Shown piece after piece: positions 58,501 through 64,000 of a stretch of DNA of 64,000 nt. The notes below the pieces were generated by a model that saw only the letters and a program-made list of their open reading frames with translations, did not search any database and had not been told where the DNA came from. The translations under genes were made by a program, and so were the position numbers. Numbering within the stretch: position 1 is the stretch's first letter; every line of letters starts with the position of its first letter. Source of the stretch: an uncultured virus (IMG/VR IMGVR_UViG_3300044733_004038) (taxonomy: Duplodnaviria > Heunggongvirae > Uroviricota > Caudoviricetes); IMG/VR virus record IMGVR_UViG_3300044733_004038; one strand, 5' to 3'.

Positions 58501-61500
58501 TGACGATTCGTACAAACTAAATGTGTTCGAGCAATACAACCCACGCGGACGTGTAGACCAAGACAGCACAGACTACACTGATGATCCTCAGATTTTAGCG
58601 AATAGTTTTACTGCAGAAAATCTACAGAAAGCTCTTCGTCAAGCGTTGGTACCGTCTAGCGATGGTGACGTTGCGATCGGACTTGGCTATTTGCCATTTG
58701 ACGGTGGCGATGAAGCAGTTCCAGCAGAAGCTTTGTATGAATCACTTGATTTTGCTGGAATCGACTCCGACATTGTTGTCGCTGGCATCTACGACTCCGC
58801 GTTACCTGAAGGCAGTGAAACAAACGTTGAGCGCATCACTATGCAGCGAGACGACCTTGACAAGATCGGTGGAGAAGACTTTAACCCGGCTGACATCAAT
58901 ACTGCACGCGATTGGGAAATCAAGCAAGCGATCAAGCGTAATGGCGAGCTAGCAACTCCGCAACGCGCAGCGCTTGCTGTGGCGCAGATGACAGACGCTG
59001 CGAAGAATGAAGAAAAGAATCCAAGCATTAAAGAAGTTGCAGACGATCTTATTAACCGTCAAAATGATCCAAACTTAAACGAGTACAGCGCTGAAAATCT
59101 TGGAAATGTATTAGACAGCTATATGCCGTGGTCGTTTAGTGACTCAGCTGATGAACGAGAAGCTTTTAGAGGTTTCTGGGGAATGCTGATGAGTATCGAC
59201 GGTGGATCAACAAACGATATGGACGACAAGCGACCAGTACAAAGCACTAGCGGCTTCCGTCGCGCAGTCTATGAGTCTGTTAAACGTCAAAGCGGCGGAG
59301 ATGAAGAAGTCGCGCTAGCAGAGTACGACAGGCTGATTAGTGAGTACGGCGGGTACCCGGAGTGGACTACAGGAAAAGAAGCTATCTCTGACGGAGATGC
59401 TGACATATTCTCAGATCAATCTTCAGCTGGAGCGTTTTTCCGTTTGATGGCCGCGTCCGCTGAAAAGAATGATGTTCGCCTTCATCGTTACATCGACGTG
59501 AGAAAAGATGACCCGGCACTTCAGCAGTACCTAACTCCTGGCGTAGTTCTGCCTATTGACGCTCGCTCATTTACAACTAAAGATGAAGCAGCTGAGGATA
59601 TCGTGTCGCTGCTGAAGTATCCTCCAAACAGCGAGACAACGCATATTGTGTTTGAGATACAGCCAAATGAGGGTACTTCAATCTCGTTCGCGTCTGTGTC
59701 TTGGTTTTCAGGAGAAGCAGAGCATATTGCTTGGGGTAATTACGAAGTAGACAGCACTCGCAGAGTTGAAATGGGTGGACGAACAGACTTGACTGTCGTG
59801 AGTTTGCGCCAAGTTTCAGCTTCTGGCGTTGACGCTGACGGTGGTGCAGCTGACTCAGATATTTTTGGACCAGGTGACGACGCAGCAGTTGACACACCAG
59901 CCAAGCCAAACGTCGCAAGCTGGGACAAAGTTGGACCGCAACTCGGTTCAAACCTCGGCGGAACGTACGAAGACCCAGATGGTGACATCTACTACGTAAA
60001 AGAATCTAAGTCTCTCAAGCACGCAGAGAACGAAGCTCTTGCGTCTGCATTCTACAAAGAACTAGGCGTAAACGCTGTAGACGTTCGCGTAGGTGAAGCA
60101 GACGGCGCACCACGTACAGTGTCACCTATTGTTTCAACAACTGGTGAAACTCTTGCTGATCGACTAAATGACGGTGAGTTCATTGATAAGATCCGCGAAG
60201 ATTTTGCAATTGACGCGTGGCTCGGTAACTACGATGTCGCTGGCCTCGTGTACGACAACATAGTTGTAGATAACGATGGAAATCCTCTTCGTGTAGATCC
60301 GGGTGGCGCACTGCTGTTCCGTGCTCGTGGCGCTGAAAAAGGCGACATGTTTGGCGACAGCGTAGGCGAGATTGATACTCTTACAGATCCGGACATCAAC
60401 CCATCAGCATCTAGAGTCTTTGGTGGAATGACTGAAGAACAGCGCAAAGCGTCAGCTCAAAAACTGCTGGACATCACTCCTCAAAGAATTGATCAAATAG
60501 TTGATTCAATCGTCACAGATCCTGGCATGGCTGAAGGTCTCAAAGATCGGTTAAAGAAGCGTCGTGCTGACGTTCTAGACAGATTTGACATTGAAGACTC
60601 TGTACTAAATATGCCAGAAGTTGCTCAGCGGCCGACAGCTCCAGCAGACAAGAGTCCTGAGTCTATCGAAGCATTTAAAGATGAACTTGCTCGTTTTGCG
60701 ATGGACAAAGCAATCGCTAAAGGTTGGAATTGCGAAGGCGGACTAACGTCTGCAGCAACTAATCCATGCGATCTGCCTTCTGTAAACGAGCTAATCGCAG
60801 AAGCAACACCGACAGACGCTGAACTTGCTGAGCCAAAAGTACGGCAACTACCAAGCGATGAAGAAGTTAGCAATGCGTTTGACGTCATCTTTGACGATAT
60901 TGAAACGTATCTTTCTAGCGACTGGGGTCTTGAAGGCAGTGATAAGTCTAAGTACAAGAAGACTCGTGCAAAGATTGAAGATATTCGCGAGCGCTACGAC
61001 GCCGGTGAAATAACTCGTGAAGAGGCAGCAGCTGAACTCGCCGCTCTTCGTGATGAAATTTCAGCAAGCGGCGGTGAGCCAGTTGCAAAAGAAGCCACAG
61101 CTGAAGCGATTGATCATATAATCAAGAACTTAGATGGCACGATCTACGATCCTGTTGTCGTCATCGACAAAGATCTTCCACCGCCTGGTAGCGGACTAGG
61201 ACTTTCAAAAGACAAAGTCACACTGGTAAAACCAGGAATGACAGTTAAGTCTAAAGACGGTGTGACGTACGTTGTTCATCGCTATGATCCATCTAACTGG
61301 AACTACGTCTACGTCAAGCCAACAGACGGTAGCAAGGAAAAAATTAAGTCAACTAAGACTCTTGAAATTGTTGGTGGAGAAGGTGGCGGCGGTGGCACGC
61401 CTACAGCACCGGAACCGTCTGGACCTGAACTCCCAAAAGCTGAAGCCCCGAAAGGGGCTCCCAAAGCTCCTGAAGTTCCGTTTCCAGACAACATGCCTCT

Positions 61501-63337
61501 AGCTCCTAGAGCGCCTGAACCTCCAAAAAGTAAAAAAGATAAACAGCAGGGAGTAGTTGGACCAGGCGTTGAGCCAGTAATTATTGAAGAAGCGTTACCA
61601 TACACTTCTTCAGGAATACCTGGCACGCCGTCTCTTGCAGATGCGTTTGCGTTTGTAGCTTCAGACGAGCCGAATGCAGCAATTATTGGTTCTTACGCGG
61701 CGATAGACTCGACTGACATAGAAGACATGTCAGTTCGTGTAACTAGACTACGCTCTCTTGAGACGTCTGAGCAAATAACTCGAATGAGATACAAGCTCAC
61801 AGCTTGGGCTGGTGAACAATTGTATAAAGATGTACAAGATCTTAAACGCAACGAGTACACAATAACTAATGGAGTAGCACTCAAAGAGATTAGTCGAAAA
61901 GATGCTGCAGTCCCAGCTTTAAAGCCAGATACAAATGTTTATAACAATTGGCGCCACGGAACAACATATGAAGCAACACTACCTAACGGCGTAAAAATTC
62001 AATTTTTCCGTGGAGCGCAAGGCTCTTACACAGACCATGTCTTTTCACGAAGCGTTGAGGACTACGATGAAGTAGTTAATGCCTTAAACAACTATGTAAT
62101 CATAGATGTCCCAGACGGCGTGTCGCCAGACAGCGTGCGCTCAGCATTTAATATTGCTGGCGTTGTTGACCCACGCCCATCGGTAGAGCAAGATTTTCGC
62201 GTTCTTATTGAAAATCGGCTTATGAGCGTGCTTGGTGGAAAAACAAATGCGTCAAGAAATGAAGCTAGACCAGAAGTCAGACAAGAGATTCTCTCTGAAG
62301 TAAAAACTAAATACGGTATTGGAGTTGAAGACGTCTACGTTGGTGTTGGCGCCAATGGCCGTATCGAGATGCGAGTTTCTAAAGAAAAAGCAGCAGCTTT
62401 GGCAAAAGAAGCTAAAATTGAAATTGCAGAGCATAATTTAACTGTGTCTGCTGGGTACCGCCCTGACCCAGAACTTGCGGCCAAAAAGATAGCAGACATT
62501 ATCGTTGGGCCAAACAGAGCACTTATGTCGACGTTGGCAAGATGGACCGAAGGCGTCGGCGGCTCGGGTCAGTCTTCAGAAACTGACATGGCCACGGGCG
62601 GTGCAGACTACGTATTCTTCTCGCCTAAAGACATGACTGTAACCTCAAGTATCGGCTACGGCGTCAGTGACGCCAGTGACGCTACAGTGACATTTGACGC
62701 GGTTGATCTGTTCACGCGACTTGATTTCTATGCCAACTACGTCGATACTTATGGCGCTAGATCTGAAGAAAACGACAATCTTAAGAACGCTGCTCCTGGC
62801 GGCTATGAGCTGATGTTCAAGGACAGAGTTAGCACTGATATGCTAAAAGACATCGTTGTTCACACAAGAGTAGTTCCATTTTTGATTGAAGAACTCAAGA
62901 ACCGCGGAATAACTGAAATAAACGGAAGGTCTGTTGACGAAGTTGTGACAGTTGGCGGTCAAGGTGTAGTTATGGAAAAAGAAGGCGCAGTTAAGAAGTT
63001 CCAAACAAAACTAGATGAAAATCTTAAAACCAGGTTTGGAGAAGATTTTGGTGGCGCGAAAAAGTACAAAGACTGGCTAAATGAAGATCCATCAGGACGG
63101 GCAAAAGAATACGCTCCGCCAGTAGATGAAAACGCGGTCATTGTTGCAGTCAAAGACCTGAACAATGAAAAACAAGAAAGAGTCATCGTTCGTCTTACTA
63201 ACGGCGCGTATCTTTCGTACACCAGGTACACGGGAGCTATTGGCGCACCGTTTACCTATGAGTATCAAGAAATTGAAAACGATTTCCCAGGGTGGACGTA
63301 TCTTACTTCAGATGAACAAAGCAAAGGATCTAACTAA
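55577..63337 (+). CDS. Giant acidic multidomain head-associated protein with VIP2-like ADP-ribosyltransferase, kinase-like and second ART-like domains
   Basis: QRRDRKGRF motif; LHR...RSFT...GEAEHI; GSNLGG..YYVK..NE..DAWLGNYD..N..RVDPGG; H...GGADYVFF...YELMFK. Confidence 0.8.
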   Translation: MTKHNKQKKRSYQYSHAFADLPLTYQKALKGAIMDMVVSANSELQTHRQISPYSAVIAASRSLQTSSSSAKPAARVFAAIRAVNSFINLSRTGKPGVERLSNTDLLPVAHPLSTRSHTMNEASLRAARAQWLAADPRIDDNLRNLVAAAYSQTPGSVEHRHAFTRISVLPVGAIPRDIRIDADLQLTPIIAVLGLGGNSDAARSLRAKLQRRDRKGRFAEMGGGWSFKLRLPDGLFKTVSGRVVGASGTDAIEIEVTGSKDLDDGVYTMPSAKGESVKAVLPTKAVEELPDRDDAMDDVYVDSATLTRKDAPSGWKQLGKTRQVGRTSYSEYTSDDGYTVKREARPNAAGTGVDYGYSVRRMEATDTDPFAKDKKVMRSWSEVQKAVLADQDDYKQDLEALSTPADEPPFAVPNTIPKGNGVSISFPLAEYEYDLETFADQVKRANDLGGFVEIDTTPTLEGADAIVVTFNKPRLTPAEANAFLGGPGRDGAFDARFEDDSEGSEREELFDELTKGAPGEPPTGAPGEPPTGGGPGSPERDEFLRNTSGYNIGNIDGDEYEDLIRNIDDNDSFNRSEKKAIVNAFEERQDKMDAAKEIEDSDDQDEAMEKIANDYFAKIADILGYDDEEIARAFGGTTEGPGEPPAGAPGKPPTGGPDEPDDYGKSQEIVSKLTEALEEKGVDVDSLTDDVLDYLNDQASQIENGETSVEDAVNAFVDRWGDELDLPTAGPGEPPFTSPEAARDILDEGALTAEGILTDIDDADLDDLDDDDANILEKINKLSDSARDALDNIDPEGSQLNDIYFDQARADLGEMAELLSNATNADMQDAGSVLKEAVDEYLSLPTIDFSGRRAELEVAAEPSALDGVVSEVKALFDSYNSGAVDASEVLDLLGVAIDDVPNNDQIYNSLKKQIENVELRGFSIEKAKSNAEKSIRKLASEEGAVPYLTAEKAPSTPETNDPVDQSLFDETFITSDDSYKLNVFEQYNPRGRVDQDSTDYTDDPQILANSFTAENLQKALRQALVPSSDGDVAIGLGYLPFDGGDEAVPAEALYESLDFAGIDSDIVVAGIYDSALPEGSETNVERITMQRDDLDKIGGEDFNPADINTARDWEIKQAIKRNGELATPQRAALAVAQMTDAAKNEEKNPSIKEVADDLINRQNDPNLNEYSAENLGNVLDSYMPWSFSDSADEREAFRGFWGMLMSIDGGSTNDMDDKRPVQSTSGFRRAVYESVKRQSGGDEEVALAEYDRLISEYGGYPEWTTGKEAISDGDADIFSDQSSAGAFFRLMAASAEKNDVRLHRYIDVRKDDPALQQYLTPGVVLPIDARSFTTKDEAAEDIVSLLKYPPNSETTHIVFEIQPNEGTSISFASVSWFSGEAEHIAWGNYEVDSTRRVEMGGRTDLTVVSLRQVSASGVDADGGAADSDIFGPGDDAAVDTPAKPNVASWDKVGPQLGSNLGGTYEDPDGDIYYVKESKSLKHAENEALASAFYKELGVNAVDVRVGEADGAPRTVSPIVSTTGETLADRLNDGEFIDKIREDFAIDAWLGNYDVAGLVYDNIVVDNDGNPLRVDPGGALLFRARGAEKGDMFGDSVGEIDTLTDPDINPSASRVFGGMTEEQRKASAQKLLDITPQRIDQIVDSIVTDPGMAEGLKDRLKKRRADVLDRFDIEDSVLNMPEVAQRPTAPADKSPESIEAFKDELARFAMDKAIAKGWNCEGGLTSAATNPCDLPSVNELIAEATPTDAELAEPKVRQLPSDEEVSNAFDVIFDDIETYLSSDWGLEGSDKSKYKKTRAKIEDIRERYDAGEITREEAAAELAALRDEISASGGEPVAKEATAEAIDHIIKNLDGTIYDPVVVIDKDLPPPGSGLGLSKDKVTLVKPGMTVKSKDGVTYVVHRYDPSNWNYVYVKPTDGSKEKIKSTKTLEIVGGEGGGGGTPTAPEPSGPELPKAEAPKGAPKAPEVPFPDNMPLAPRAPEPPKSKKDKQQGVVGPGVEPVIIEEALPYTSSGIPGTPSLADAFAFVASDEPNAAIIGSYAAIDSTDIEDMSVRVTRLRSLETSEQITRMRYKLTAWAGEQLYKDVQDLKRNEYTITNGVALKEISRKDAAVPALKPDTNVYNNWRHGTTYEATLPNGVKIQFFRGAQGSYTDHVFSRSVEDYDEVVNALNNYVIIDVPDGVSPDSVRSAFNIAGVVDPRPSVEQDFRVLIENRLMSVLGGKTNASRNEARPEVRQEILSEVKTKYGIGVEDVYVGVGANGRIEMRVSKEKAAALAKEAKIEIAEHNLTVSAGYRPDPELAAKKIADIIVGPNRALMSTLARWTEGVGGSGQSSETDMATGGADYVFFSPKDMTVTSSIGYGVSDASDATVTFDAVDLFTRLDFYANYVDTYGARSEENDNLKNAAPGGYELMFKDRVSTDMLKDIVVHTRVVPFLIEELKNRGITEINGRSVDEVVTVGGQGVVMEKEGAVKKFQTKLDENLKTRFGEDFGGAKKYKDWLNEDPSGRAKEYAPPVDENAVIVAVKDLNNEKQERVIVRLTNGAYLSYTRYTGAIGAPFTYEYQEIENDFPGWTYLTSDEQSKGSN

Positions 63338-63340
63338 CTT

Positions 63341-63721
63341 ATGGCCAGAAAACTAAAAATAGCAGACTATAAGTCGTCAGAAACTATGTATCTTCTTGTG
63401 GAAGGTGTTGCAGTTTTAGATACGTCTATAGATGGCAAGCCTGCTGGATCGCGCCCTGTGTTCTCAGTGCGTCTTAGAGGAACTGCAGTTATGTGCCCTA
63501 TGTACTCTCGTACATCCGAGTACCCGTTACAATCTGATGAGGATCTTGATATAAACGAAAAAGAAGGAATAATAAAGTTTACATCGCGCGGTGCTCAGTA
63601 TACTATCCGCGCTTTTCAAGATTCTGACAGGTCTTGGTTTTTGTCAGGTTCTAAGAAGAAAACGGCGTCAGCTGAACAAATGGAAAAAATGTTTAAAGAA
63701 TCAATAGACGGCAGGTACTAA
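63341..63721 (+). CDS. Hypothetical protein
   Basis: Tandem ORF after the giant protein. Confidence 0.7.
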   Translation: MARKLKIADYKSSETMYLLVEGVAVLDTSIDGKPAGSRPVFSVRLRGTAVMCPMYSRTSEYPLQSDEDLDINEKEGIIKFTSRGAQYTIRAFQDSDRSWFLSGSKKKTASAEQMEKMFKESIDGRY

Positions 63722-64000
63722 ATGAACGTTGCTAAACAATGGCCAACAGAGATTAAAGAGAATGAGATTCTCTTCGCTGGTGTCGACGCTGAGAGCGCAA
63801 ATATCACCTACCTCGTGTTTTCAAGCCAAGAAAAAAAGAAAATGTACGTGCGTGCAGACGGTACTTGGCTGCCGATTATGATCGACGACTCCGACATCCT
63901 CAATGATCTTGAGGTATATCAAGTAACTTTAGAATTTATTCCAGTGTACGATAAAGCAGAGGCAGCTGGCACGACCTTAACTTCCGCAGACGCTGACGCC
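63722..64000 (+). CDS. Hypothetical protein, partial (runs off the window)
   Basis: MNVAKQWPTEIKENEILF..., open to the window end. Confidence 0.65.
   Translation, partial: MNVAKQWPTEIKENEILFAGVDAESANITYLVFSSQEKKKMYVRADGTWLPIMIDDSDILNDLEVYQVTLEFIPVYDKAEAAGTTLTSADADA

Overview
This 64 kb window is part of a large tailed dsDNA phage of an Actinomycetota host. Two WhiB genes, DUF3039, Nei and an actinobacterial ferredoxin point to that host group; a freshwater Acidimicrobiia-like host is an inference. From 1 to 24 kb it carries a collagen-like fibre, metallophosphoesterase, Prim-Pol/SF3 helicase, lysis genes, Nei, class II RNR, radical SAM and glycosyltransferase genes, a TauD-like dioxygenase and a 1309-aa surface protein. 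A non-coding palindromic region lies at 24.3-25.0 kb, followed by tRNA-Thr, an aberrant tRNA-like gene and a probable small terminase. From about 29 to 48 kb is an array of small genes, mostly headed by a conserved TTCCAGAG-N4-TATAAT element (about 30 copies). The right end holds the large terminase, portal and a 2586-aa head-module protein with apparent ADP-ribosyltransferase and kinase-like domains. All calls come from reading motifs by eye; no searches were run.
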